Positions 9,943 to 19,346 of a stretch of 64,000 nucleotides of DNA are shown here, piece after piece. A program made the position numbers and the translations under genes. The notes under the pieces were generated by a model. It saw only the letters and a list, made by a program, of their open reading frames with translations. It was not told the origin of the DNA and made no database searches. The stretch covers positions 46,019-110,018 of the forward strand of contig CBFIGY010000005.1 in the NCBI GenBank assembly GCA_965662235.1. The letters are read 5' to 3'. Each line of letters starts with the position of its first letter. Position 1 is the first letter of the stretch. This stretch comes from an uncultured bacterium. GTDB taxonomy: Bacteria; SAR324; NAC60-12.

Positions 9943-10569
9943 ATGAAATCAAAAAGCCTCAAGGCCTTGGTCGCTTTGGGGGCTGCCACCTTCTTTGCCA
10001 GCAACGCTTGGGCGGTGGATAGCTCACGCCTGCGCTTCCTGCTTGGCTCTGGTAGCGTTAGTGAATACAACCAGACTGATAGTAACGGTGCAACCACTGA
10101 CTGGATGGAAGTTTCCAACTACGACGTCACTTCAAGTGGAGGAGAGCTTTCCTTTGTCTTTAGTAACGGTCTTGGTATTGGTGTCAGTTCGGGAACCGCT
10201 ACCGCGAGCAATGGTGCCGCTTTGGCAACGGAGTATGCCATTTCAGGAGGAGGTTTTGAGTTGTCTTACACCTTCGGGGAAGACATCAATTTGACTCTGG
10301 GGACCAAGGTGTTTGGTGATGCGACCCTGACTACTTACCAGGTTAATGGTGTCGACCAAACTAGCTTGTACGAGTCCACCTCCAAGCGGAACCAGTCTTA
10401 CTTTGTCAACCTAGGTTTTGCCGTTGGTGAAAACTGGGAGCTGCTAGTGGGACAGCGGAATTTCGATGTTGAGGTCGATGTAAAACAAGCCGTCTCTGGA
10501 GCTCTCGTTGCCACCTACGATGCGAAGTTCACCGTGACTTCCATCGGAGCCGGCTACCGGTTCAAGTAA
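9943..10569 (+). CDS. Small outer-membrane beta-barrel protein
   Basis: AAGGAG RBS, signal peptide ending AWA, alternating amphipathic strands, C-terminal GAGYRF beta-signal. Confidence 0.75.
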   Translation: MKSKSLKALVALGAATFFASNAWAVDSSRLRFLLGSGSVSEYNQTDSNGATTDWMEVSNYDVTSSGGELSFVFSNGLGIGVSSGTATASNGAALATEYAISGGGFELSYTFGEDINLTLGTKVFGDATLTTYQVNGVDQTSLYESTSKRNQSYFVNLGFAVGENWELLVGQRNFDVEVDVKQAVSGALVATYDAKFTVTSIGAGYRFK

Positions 10570-10624
10570 GCGCTCCCTCAAGCAACTGAAGGGTTCCCCC
10601 GTAGGCACAGACGGGCGGAGCTCT

Positions 10625-11290
10625 TCAGTTTGTCCCTCCTTCGTTGATCTCTTCCGCTTCCAGCACTTCTGTTTCCTCCCGCGCTGCAGCCACCCATTCC
10701 TGCAGAGCCGGATGCCCCAACACTGTTTCCATGTACTTCCGCCCCGTCGCTTCTACCGAAACGCCATAGGACTGAAAGCGAGACACTACGGGAGCATACA
10801 TCGCATCGGCCATGCTGAAGGCTCCGAACAGCCAGGGTCCTGACGCCCCAAAGGTGTCCCGGCAGTCTTGCCAGATCTGCTGAATCCGAACGCTGTCTCG
10901 GTGCGCCGCCTCCGTGGGGGTAAATTGGGGGAATTCACGCCGACAGTTCATCGGCAGCTCGTTCCGGAGGGCCGCGAAACCGCTGTGCATTTCGGCGCAG
11001 ACCGATCGGCACCGGGCCCGGGCCTCCGGAGCTTCTGGCAGACCCGGCAGGTTCAGTTGTTCGTTGCTGTACTCCAAGATGGCCAGCGATTCCCAGATCG
11101 TCCGCCCTTCATGCAGTAGCACCGGCACCTTCCCAGCGGCGCTGTACTGACGGATGCGAGACGCCGTTTCAGGCTCATCAAGCGGAATCCGGACCTCGGT
11201 GAACGGCACCTCAAAGTGCCGCAGAAACAGCCAGGGCCGCAGGGACCAGGAAGAGTAGTTTTTGTTTCCAATGACCAAAATGGTAGACAC
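10625..11290 (-). CDS. Glutathione S-transferase family protein
   Basis: IGNKNYSSWSLRPW, GKVPVL, WESLAI, ADAMYAPV. GTG start at 11290 after AAGGAG. Confidence 0.9.
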   Translation of the reverse strand: MSTILVIGNKNYSSWSLRPWLFLRHFEVPFTEVRIPLDEPETASRIRQYSAAGKVPVLLHEGRTIWESLAILEYSNEQLNLPGLPEAPEARARCRSVCAEMHSGFAALRNELPMNCRREFPQFTPTEAAHRDSVRIQQIWQDCRDTFGASGPWLFGAFSMADAMYAPVVSRFQSYGVSVEATGRKYMETVLGHPALQEWVAAAREETEVLEAEEINEGGTN

Positions 11291-11552
11291 AGGGGGCTCC
11301 TTATCGAGAACAGGGCAGAAGCGAGGACGGCTCCTTGAGAAGTCAGGAGGCTTCTGAGGGAAGGGGGCGGTCCCGGAAAAATGAGTGTAGGAAAGTCCGG
11401 TGGAATGGGGAAGCAAAATGGGGGCTTCTTTTGGGAAAAATATCCGGATTCGCATGGGGGTTCGGCTTGACATGACGTGGGTGAGTCACTAGTGTGTCGA
11501 TCGCCAAGTTTGTGGCATGGGGTCCAAACTTGGGAAGGTCACGGAGGTGTAC

Positions 11553-12515
11553 ATGAATCCACAGCTTCAGCGCATCCAGCAGACCCATAAGCCGTTGAAG
11601 TTGATCGAGAATCGGACCGTCTTCGGAGGAGAAGACACTGAGTTTTCGGTCTATGATACCTACCAGCGCGCGGAACGCGTCGCCTTGAGTGCCTCCAATC
11701 CGCTGTACTGCGGCATGGTCACGGGGCGCAAGGTGATTCACTTCAAAAGCTATCCCCTTTTTGATTTTCTGCCAGGGGAGTCCCTGGTGGTGCCCCCGGA
11801 TGAGGAGATCCACATCGACTTTCCGGAGGCGGAGATGGACCAGCCCACCAAGTGCCTGACGGTGGAGATCGACACCCAGAAGGTGCAGGAGGTGGTGGGC
11901 CGGATGAATGAGCGCATGCCCCGAGCCGAAGACTCAGGGGAGTGGCGCTACGACCCCGGCAACCAGTACCACTTTCGCAACTCCGTCCAGATCGAGGGCA
12001 TTGTTGCCAACCTGGTCACCGTCTTCACCGAAAACCACCCGTTGCGCGACAAGCTCATTGACGTCAAGGTCATGGAGTTGGTGATCCGGATGCTGCAGTT
12101 CGATTCCTTTTCCCGGTGGCTTTGGAACAGTGGACAGCATGCGGCCTGCCACAGCCTCTCGGAGGCGGCAGAGTTCATTAAGCAGAACCTGCACCGGTCC
12201 ATCTCCATTGAGGAACTGGCCCGGCACGCGGGCATGAGCAAGACCAACCTGTTTCGGTGCTTCAAGAACGAGTTTGGCTTCACCCCGGTTCAGTACATCA
12301 ACCAGCTTCGCATCGACCGCGCCTGTCAGCTGCTGCAGCATCCGGATCACTCGGTGACCGAGGTCTGCTTCATGATGGGATTCACCTCTGTGAGCTACTT
12401 CATCAACCTCTTCAAGAGCATCAAAGGGGTCACGCCGAAACAGTTCCAGGCGCGCCAGCGTCAGGCCCTTCGGCTCCGGAACCCCTCACCACTGACAGCA
12501 AGCGCCCTTGCCTAG
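11553..12515 (+). CDS. AraC family transcriptional regulator
   Basis: C-terminal double HTH (ISIEELA..AGMS..LFR.FK..FG.TP, GFTSVSYF..LFK) and N-terminal sensor (LIENRT, FDFLPGES). GGAGG RBS before ATG 11553. Confidence 0.9.
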   Translation: MNPQLQRIQQTHKPLKLIENRTVFGGEDTEFSVYDTYQRAERVALSASNPLYCGMVTGRKVIHFKSYPLFDFLPGESLVVPPDEEIHIDFPEAEMDQPTKCLTVEIDTQKVQEVVGRMNERMPRAEDSGEWRYDPGNQYHFRNSVQIEGIVANLVTVFTENHPLRDKLIDVKVMELVIRMLQFDSFSRWLWNSGQHAACHSLSEAAEFIKQNLHRSISIEELARHAGMSKTNLFRCFKNEFGFTPVQYINQLRIDRACQLLQHPDHSVTEVCFMMGFTSVSYFINLFKSIKGVTPKQFQARQRQALRLRNPSPLTASALA

Positions 12516-12564
12516 AGTCATGTGGACGGTGCTCCAGGGCGGTACAATACCTCTATTTTTTTGG

Positions 12565-12583
12565 AGAATGCAGCAAGCATTCT
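12565..12583. promoter_or_regulatory. Inverted repeat upstream of the PQQ-ADH gene
   Basis: AGAATGC-N5-GCATTCT. Confidence 0.3.
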
Positions 12584-12785
12584 ATCGGGGGGGACGTTAA
12601 TCTGTTCCCCTGTCAAAGTCCCTCCCTTCAGGGACGGATGTTACCTGCAAGCCCGAAGGTTCGGGTTTCCAGGGAGTGGTGAGGCGCACCGGAGCGACCG
12701 GTGCTTGGGGCGTCTCCCAGGGAAACCATAAGGGCACCTTGCCCACTTTTGACTGACTCACAACCTTTTCACGGGGGCACAACCG

Positions 12786-14573
12786 ATGAAAAAACGAAAC
12801 CTGAGCTACTTCGGCCTGGCCGCAGCAGCACTTCTCGCGTTTCCAGCGGGGCCAGCACTGGCCACAACGGACGCCGAAATCCTCAACGACCAGAACAGCG
12901 TTGAGGACGTCCTGGGCACCGGACTGGGACCCCAAGGCCAGCGCTACAGCCCGCTGACCGACATCAACAAGGACAACGTCCAAAACCTGCTCCCCGCCTG
13001 GGCCTTTTCCTTTGGGGGAGAGAAGCAGCGCGGACAGGAGACGCAGCCGCTCATTGAGGACGGTGTGATGTACGTCACCGCGTCCTACTCTCGTCTGTTT
13101 GCGGTGGACGCACGGACGGGTGAGGAGCTGTGGCAGTATGAGGCCCGCCTCCCGGACGGCATCATGCCCTGCTGTGACGTGGTCAACCGTGGCGCTGCCC
13201 TGAGTGGCGACAAGGTGATCTTCGGCACCCTAGACGCCAAACTCGTGGCGCTGAACAAGAAGAACGGGAAGGTCGTCTGGAGCAAGAAGCTCGGAGACTA
13301 CAAGGCTGGCTACTCCTACACGGCAGCGCCGTTGGTGGTGAACAGCATGGTCATCACCGGTGTGTCTGGTGGTGAATTCGGCATCGTCGGGAAGGTTGAA
13401 GCCCGCGACGTCAACACCGGAGAACTGGTCTGGTCCCGTCCCACCGTTGAGGGACACATGGGCACCCTGAACGGCAAGGACAATGGCATTACCGGCGGCA
13501 GCGCGGGTAAGACCTGGCCGGGAGAAATGTGGAAGTTCGGCGGCGCGGCCACCTGGCTGGGCGGCACCTACGATCCAGACACGGGCCTCGCCTTCTTCGG
13601 AACCGGAAACCCGGCTCCGTGGAACGCGTACCTGCGGAAGGGCGACAACCTCTACAGCACCTCCACCCTCGCCATTGACGTCAACACCGGCGTCATCAAG
13701 TGGCACTTCCAGGGCACCCCGAACGACCACTGGGACTACGATGGCGTCAATGAGTTCGTCTCCTTTGACTACATTGACCCCAAGACCGGTCGCACCATCA
13801 AGGCCGGCGCCAAGGCTGACCGAAACGGACACTTCTACGTCCTCAACCGTGAGAACGGCAAGTGCATCCGGGCCCTCCCGTTTGTGGAAGTGAACTGGAC
13901 CGAAGGTCTGGACGAAAACTGCCGTCCGCTCCCGAATCAGCTGCGCCCCGGAAATCCGGCTGGCCAGGACAAGGGAGAGCCGATTGTGGTCTACCCGTCC
14001 TTCCTCGGTGGCAAGAACTGGATGCCGATGGCCTACAGCCAGCGCACCGGTAACTTCTACGTGCCCTCCAACTCCTGGGCGATGGACCTCTGGAATGAGC
14101 CCGTCACCTACAAAAAAGGCGCTGCCTACCTCGGCGCCGGCTTCACCATCAAGCCGCTGCACGACGATTACATCGGCGCGCTGAAGGCGATTGATCCCCG
14201 CACGGGTGACATCAAGTGGGAGAAGCGCAACACGGCTCCGCTGTGGGGCGGTGTCCTCACCACGGGTGGCGGACTGGTGTTCTACGGAACCCCGGAAGGC
14301 CAGTTCATGGCTGTGGACGATGAGACCGGCGAGACCCTCTGGAAGTTCCAGACCGGTTCCGGCATCGTGGGCTCCCCCGTTACCTGGCGCATGGATGGTG
14401 AGCAGTACGTCACCGTCGTGTCCGGATGGGGTGGTGCTGTTCCGCTGTGGGGCGGCGAAGTGGCCAAGACCGTCAACTACCTCAACCAGGGTGGCATGGT
14501 CTGGACCTTCAAGCTTCCGAAGCTGAGCACCTACAACAACCGCCAAGACACGTTGCAACTCGGCAGCAACTGA
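12786..14573 (+). CDS. pedH: PQQ-dependent alcohol dehydrogenase, lanthanide-dependent PedH/ExaF type
   Basis: [12 protein letters not shown], vicinal disulfide [33 protein letters not shown]. Active site WDYDGVNE carries the extra Asp; Ca-type PedE/ExaA has WDFSGNNE. Confidence 0.92.
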   Translation: MKKRNLSYFGLAAAALLAFPAGPALATTDAEILNDQNSVEDVLGTGLGPQGQRYSPLTDINKDNVQNLLPAWAFSFGGEKQRGQETQPLIEDGVMYVTASYSRLFAVDARTGEELWQYEARLPDGIMPCCDVVNRGAALSGDKVIFGTLDAKLVALNKKNGKVVWSKKLGDYKAGYSYTAAPLVVNSMVITGVSGGEFGIVGKVEARDVNTGELVWSRPTVEGHMGTLNGKDNGITGGSAGKTWPGEMWKFGGAATWLGGTYDPDTGLAFFGTGNPAPWNAYLRKGDNLYSTSTLAIDVNTGVIKWHFQGTPNDHWDYDGVNEFVSFDYIDPKTGRTIKAGAKADRNGHFYVLNRENGKCIRALPFVEVNWTEGLDENCRPLPNQLRPGNPAGQDKGEPIVVYPSFLGGKNWMPMAYSQRTGNFYVPSNSWAMDLWNEPVTYKKGAAYLGAGFTIKPLHDDYIGALKAIDPRTGDIKWEKRNTAPLWGGVLTTGGGLVFYGTPEGQFMAVDDETGETLWKFQTGSGIVGSPVTWRMDGEQYVTVVSGWGGAVPLWGGEVAKTVNYLNQGGMVWTFKLPKLSTYNNRQDTLQLGSN

Positions 14574-14580
14574 GCACCTC

Positions 14581-14602
14581 GGGAGGAGTTTCGGCTCCTC
14601 CC
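14581..14602 (+). terminator. Stem-loop after pedH (terminator or mRNA stabiliser)
   Basis: GGGAGGAG-TTTCGG-CTCCTCCC with a UUCG-type loop and a weak U-tract. Confidence 0.55.
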
Positions 14603-14734
14603 CCACATTCCCTGGTTTTCTTCCTAGATACCGGAACCTTCGTCTGCCTGGAGATGCGGAAGCTCACATGACCGGTCCAGCCTCCGCCCTCTCCACGCGG
14701 CACAGACTCCAAACCCCCTATTTTTGGAAGCACC

Positions 14735-15154
14735 ATGAAACTCATTGCAAGCACCCTTCTTCTCTTCGTCAGCCTCATCGGCTGGTCCGGCCTTGCCTTC
14801 TCCCACGGAGACGTCACTCCGCAGCTTGTCGACACCACGGGTCTTGACCCCCTGGGAGAAGAGTGGCTGGATGAAAACCCCTACCGCGGAAACGCCCGAG
14901 CCATTGAGATCGGCGCCTCAGCCTACAACCAGAACTGCGCTCGCTGCCATGGCCTTGAGGCCATCTCCGGAGGCATTGCCCCCGACCTGCGCATGCTTCC
15001 TGTGGGCATGGAAGGCGACGAGTGGTTCCTGATGCGCATCCGCAACGGTGTCGTCCGCAACGGGATGACCTACATGCCCGCGTTTGAAGAAGTCTTCAGC
15101 CAAGAAGCCATGTGGGCCATCCGTAGCTGGCTGGATACGGTTCATGTGGAATAA
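14735..15154 (+). CDS. pedF: Cytochrome c550, electron acceptor of PQQ-ADH
   Basis: HGDVTPQ.VDT, NPYR, YNQNCARCHGLEAISGGIAPDLR heme motif. Confidence 0.92.
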   Translation: MKLIASTLLLFVSLIGWSGLAFSHGDVTPQLVDTTGLDPLGEEWLDENPYRGNARAIEIGASAYNQNCARCHGLEAISGGIAPDLRMLPVGMEGDEWFLMRIRNGVVRNGMTYMPAFEEVFSQEAMWAIRSWLDTVHVE

Positions 15155-16085
15155 GCTGCTCTGCATCATCGGGCTGCTGCTGGTCTCGCTGAGTCCGGCC
15201 AGCGCCCGTTTGCTCGATGATGTTGTTGAGTCGGGGTACATTTCGATTGCGGTGTACACCGACTTTCCTCCGTTTTCGTATCAGGAGAACGGCGAGCCCA
15301 AAGGGTCTGATGTGGAAATTGGGCGAGAGATCGCCCGACGACTCGGACTGGAGCCTCGCTGGCACTGGCATGAGGCAGGGGAAAACGTTGATGCCGACCT
15401 GCGGGTGGCTGTGGGCAAGGGCAACGCCATTCGCAACTGGGACGTCGCGGACTTCATGCTGCGCGTCCCCTTTGATCTCGAATTTGCCATTCGCAATGAG
15501 CTGGTCGCCATCATGGCTCCCTACCAGTCGGAGACCTTCTTGCTGGCACATGATGTCCGCAAGATTGAGACGTTCCCGAACTACGCCATCTTCATGTACG
15601 AGAAGGTGGGCGTCGAGTTGGACAGCATCCCGGACTTCATCCTCTCGGGCATGTTTGGAGGACGCCTCAACCGCGGCATTGTCCGCTACCCCAACCTGAC
15701 TGACGCCACCAACGCGCTCCGTGCAGGTGAGGTGTCTGCCGTCATGGGGCTCTCGGGACCTGTGGAAAGCATGGTCTCGGGCGCCGAGAACATTAACGTG
15801 TTTCAGCCTCCTCTCGCCGGGCTCCTCACGCCGCAACGGGTGATCCGTTGCCCAGACATTAAAAAAGACTGGACCTCCAAAGTTGAAATTGAAGCCGAGT
15901 GTACCTACGAAATGGCAGAACCCCGGACCGAATGGGACATCGGGATGGCCGTGCGTCAGGACTCTCGAGACCTGGGGTACGCGCTGGAAGACCTGGTGAT
16001 GCAGATGGTGGATGACGGCACCATGGAGAAGATCTATGCCCAGTATGGCATGACGTACCGGCTTCCCGAGTACCTGCAACCCTGA
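15144..16085 (+). CDS. Periplasmic family-3 solute-binding-like protein associated with quinoprotein ADH
   Basis: Signal peptide from MWNKLL; VYTDFPPFSY, AGENVDADLR, ADFMLRVPFD, WDIGMAVR. Confidence 0.8.
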   Translation: MWNKLLCIIGLLLVSLSPASARLLDDVVESGYISIAVYTDFPPFSYQENGEPKGSDVEIGREIARRLGLEPRWHWHEAGENVDADLRVAVGKGNAIRNWDVADFMLRVPFDLEFAIRNELVAIMAPYQSETFLLAHDVRKIETFPNYAIFMYEKVGVELDSIPDFILSGMFGGRLNRGIVRYPNLTDATNALRAGEVSAVMGLSGPVESMVSGAENINVFQPPLAGLLTPQRVIRCPDIKKDWTSKVEIEAECTYEMAEPRTEWDIGMAVRQDSRDLGYALEDLVMQMVDDGTMEKIYAQYGMTYRLPEYLQP

Positions 16086-16097
16086 TTGAGGAAGAGA

Positions 16098-17069
16098 ATG
16101 CTGTTCAAGCGACTGTTCACCCTTGCCGCCTCCAGCCTCCTGCTGGGAGCGGTGGCTTCTGCTACCACCGTCCGTGTCGCCAGTACCAAGACCGGCACGG
16201 TGAACTGGGAACTGAACGCCATTGTGGAAAACGGCCTGGACCGTCAGGCAGGCATTGAGCTGGAAATTCTGGAGCTGGCCGACATTGGGGCCACCCGGAT
16301 GGCCGTCCAGCAAGGCGCCGCAGACGTGGCCGTGGCCGACTGGATGTGGGTCTCCCGCATGCGGGACCAGGGCCACTCCTTTAGCTTTGTCCCCTACTCC
16401 TCGTCGGTCGGAGGCCTGATGGTCCAGCCCGACTCCGGAATCACGTCCATCAAGGACCTTGAGGGCAAAAAACTCGGGGTCGTGGGAGGCGCGCTCTCCA
16501 AGGGGTGGCTGATGCTGCAGGCCCTTGGTCAGCAGGAAGGCCTTGATCTCGACTCCATTGAAAAGGTGTTTGGCGCGCCCCCTCTGCTCAGCAAAGAGCT
16601 GCAGGCCGGACGCGTGGATGCCGTGATCACCTACTGGCACTTTGCTGCCAAGCTGGAAGCCGCTGGCATGAAGCGGCTGATGAACCTGACGGACGTGGCG
16701 CCGCAGCTCGGCATCTCAGAGCAGGTGCCCATGCTCGGGTACATCTTCATGGAAGACTGGGCCAAGGCGAATCCGGAAGCCATTGCCGGCATGGTTCAGG
16801 CGTCCACCAGCGCCAAGGAACTGCTCGCCCGCAGTCCGGACGCGTGGACACCGCTGCGCCCGAAGATGGGGACCAAAAATGACGCCGAGTTTGAGCAGCT
16901 CAAGCGTGGGTACCTGGAAGGCACCCCGCAGCCGGTGACGGCCGCTGGTGTCCGAGACGCCAAGAAGCTCTTCCGGATCCTCGGAAAGCTCGGTGGCAAG
17001 AAGCTCATTGGCGACAGCACACAACTGGCTGAAGGAACCTTCTGGGGAGTGGCTGACGTCGAGTCATGA
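16098..17069 (+). CDS. NitT/TauT-family ABC substrate-binding protein, PqqT-like (candidate PQQ-binding)
   Basis: GTVNWEL, ADWMWVSR.R, FVPYSSSVGGLMV, FGAPPLL, YWHFAAKL resemble PqqT-type proteins as recalled. Confidence 0.75.
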   Translation: MLFKRLFTLAASSLLLGAVASATTVRVASTKTGTVNWELNAIVENGLDRQAGIELEILELADIGATRMAVQQGAADVAVADWMWVSRMRDQGHSFSFVPYSSSVGGLMVQPDSGITSIKDLEGKKLGVVGGALSKGWLMLQALGQQEGLDLDSIEKVFGAPPLLSKELQAGRVDAVITYWHFAAKLEAAGMKRLMNLTDVAPQLGISEQVPMLGYIFMEDWAKANPEAIAGMVQASTSAKELLARSPDAWTPLRPKMGTKNDAEFEQLKRGYLEGTPQPVTAAGVRDAKKLFRILGKLGGKKLIGDSTQLAEGTFWGVADVES

Positions 17070-17818
17070 GGCAACAGAACTGGGGGGCGTGGGGATCCTT
17101 ACTGCTGATCATCGGGGCGTGGCATCTGGCGGCCTCTGGTCAGTGGGTTCCGTTTTTGCCCACCCCGGGAAAGACCCTGGAAGTCCTCTGGGCAGAGGCG
17201 CAGAGTGGTGAGCTGTGGTGGCACCTCGGTGTCACCCTGAAACGGGTCCTGATCTGCTTTGTGGTTGCCATGATCACCGGAAGCCTCATTGGCATTGCCA
17301 TGGGGCGCTCCGAGCGGGTCAACTCCACCCTCGACCTCTGGCTGGTGATTCTGCTCAACGTCCCGGCCCTGGTGACGATCATCCTCTGCTACCTGAGCAT
17401 GGGACTGGTGGAGGCTGCAGCCTTGCTGGCTGTGATCCTGAACAAGGTTCCCAATGTCACCGTGATCCTGCGGGAAGGCGCCCGGAGCTTCAACCCGCAG
17501 TTCAATGCGCTGGCCATCAGCTACCGGCTCTCCTGGACGGATCGTTTCTGGCACATCCTGTTGCCTCAGCTGGCCCCTTACCTGGCGGCCGCCTCCCGTT
17601 CCGGACTGGCCCTCATCTGGAAAATCGTCCTGGTGGTGGAGCTGCTGGGACGGAGCAACGGCGTTGGGTTTCAGCTGCATTCCTACTTCCAGCTCTTTGA
17701 CGTGGCCGGAATTCTGGCCTACAGTGCTGCCTTCATCGTGGTGGTGCAGCTCATTGAGTGGCAGGTTCTGCAGCCTCTGGAACGCTGGTCCAATCGCTGG
17801 AAGGCGGTGGCGGCATGA
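17066..17818 (+). CDS. NitT/TauT-family ABC permease
   Basis: TM helices, RSGLALIWKIVLVVELLGRSNGVG; ATGA overlap. Confidence 0.88.
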   Translation: MRQQNWGAWGSLLLIIGAWHLAASGQWVPFLPTPGKTLEVLWAEAQSGELWWHLGVTLKRVLICFVVAMITGSLIGIAMGRSERVNSTLDLWLVILLNVPALVTIILCYLSMGLVEAAALLAVILNKVPNVTVILREGARSFNPQFNALAISYRLSWTDRFWHILLPQLAPYLAAASRSGLALIWKIVLVVELLGRSNGVGFQLHSYFQLFDVAGILAYSAAFIVVVQLIEWQVLQPLERWSNRWKAVAA

Positions 17819-18546
17819 GCCAAGGTTCCGTTCACCTCCACATTCGGCAAAAGGCGTTTCCGGGACGTGCCGGGGAGCCGCCTCGGGTGGTGCTGGAGAA
17901 TGTCGAGATCGCAGTTGAGCCCGGAGAGTTCATTGCGCTTTCGGGGGCCTCCGGATGCGGCAAGACCACTCTTCTGAACATCGTCTCTGGCATTGATCCG
18001 CACTTTGAGGGCCGCTTCGACTTAGCGGAGCAGCGACTGGCTTACGTCTTTCAGGAACCAACCCTGCTGCCGTGGCGGACCATTGAGCAGAACCTCAGGC
18101 TTGTTCTGCCTCCGGAGGAACGCTCCAGCGACCGTCCGCTCCGTTACCTCAAGCGGATGGGCCTGCTGGACTACCGTCAGGCGTACCCTGGGGACCTGTC
18201 ACTGGGCATGGCCCGTCGCGTGTCCCTGGCCCGGGCCTTCTCCATTCAGCCGGACCTGCTGCTGCTGGACGAGCCCTTTGTTTCACTTGATGAAGAAAAC
18301 GCACAGCTGTTGCGGCGCCTGCTCCTGGAGCTTTGGCAGGAGCGTCGTTGCGCGGTCCTCTTTGTCACCCACGACCTCAATGAGGCGCTGGAGCTGGCGG
18401 ACCGTGTCATCTTTTTGAGCCCCGAGGTCAAGGGCATTGCCCAAGAGGTCCGCCTCACCCAACCCCGGGAGCACCGCACCGCAGAGTTTCTGGCTGAGTT
18501 GCGCCGCGAACTGAGCCTCTCTGCACCTGACAAGGAGGAAGCATGA
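17815..18546 (+). CDS. NitT/TauT-family ABC ATP-binding protein
   Basis: GASGCGKT, VFQEPTLLPWRT, LSLGMARR, LLLDEPFVSLD. Confidence 0.88.
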   Translation: MSQGSVHLHIRQKAFPGRAGEPPRVVLENVEIAVEPGEFIALSGASGCGKTTLLNIVSGIDPHFEGRFDLAEQRLAYVFQEPTLLPWRTIEQNLRLVLPPEERSSDRPLRYLKRMGLLDYRQAYPGDLSLGMARRVSLARAFSIQPDLLLLDEPFVSLDEENAQLLRRLLLELWQERRCAVLFVTHDLNEALELADRVIFLSPEVKGIAQEVRLTQPREHRTAEFLAELRRELSLSAPDKEEA

Positions 18547-19346
18547 TCAAAACGCTCTTCACCACCACCCTAGCCCTGGTGGGAGGACTGACCGCTTGGG
18601 CGGCTGTTCCAGAAGATCCTTACCAGTCGCCCATGTGGGAGTACGTTCATGAGCACCACCTTGATGGCGGACCTGTGGCCTTTGACGCTCAGGTGGAGGT
18701 GCTGCTTCCGGAAATGGCTGAAGACAGCATGCAGGTTCCCGTCAGTGCCTACTGGAAGGGAGAGGGACAGGTGGAAGAGGTACGGATCATGGCAGACCTC
18801 AACCCGATCATCCGGGTGCTTTCGTATGAGCCCCTGAACGCAGACCCGTCGATCTCAGTCCGCCTCAAGGTGCAGCAAGGAACCGTCGTTCGGGCGGCCA
18901 TGCGCACCACGGATGGCGTCTGGCATGTGGCTGGCGCCTACATCGACGCTGCTGGCGGAGGCTGCACCACCCCAAGCGTCAGTCAGCAGGTTGCCTCTTG
19001 GGAAGACCACTACGGGGAGCTTTGGGGGCAGGTGTGGCCGGAGAACTCGACCACCGATCGCCTGCGCATGCGCCTGATGCACCCCATGGATACCGGACTC
19101 AGCGACGGCATTCCCGTCTTCATCATTGAAACCGTGGAAGTCCGGGACGCCGCAAGCGACGAGCTGCTGGGGCGACTCAAGCTGCATGAGCCTGTGGCCG
19201 AGAACCCCACTCTGACGCTGGACCCCCACCACACGGATGCCGGGTACCGAGTGACCTTCCGTGACAACAACGGCCTCAAGGTTGAAGGCGTGATTGAATC
19301 CCAGACACGCCTGAACCTGATGGCCTCTCAGTTTCCGATGCAATGA
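18543..19346 (+). CDS. Quinoprotein dehydrogenase-associated fused SoxYZ-like carrier
   Basis: AEDSMQVPV, ADLNPI, SoxY-like arm AAGGGCT, then SoxZ-like HPMDTGL. Confidence 0.85.
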   Translation: MIKTLFTTTLALVGGLTAWAAVPEDPYQSPMWEYVHEHHLDGGPVAFDAQVEVLLPEMAEDSMQVPVSAYWKGEGQVEEVRIMADLNPIIRVLSYEPLNADPSISVRLKVQQGTVVRAAMRTTDGVWHVAGAYIDAAGGGCTTPSVSQQVASWEDHYGELWGQVWPENSTTDRLRMRLMHPMDTGLSDGIPVFIIETVEVRDAASDELLGRLKLHEPVAENPTLTLDPHHTDAGYRVTFRDNNGLKVEGVIESQTRLNLMASQFPMQ

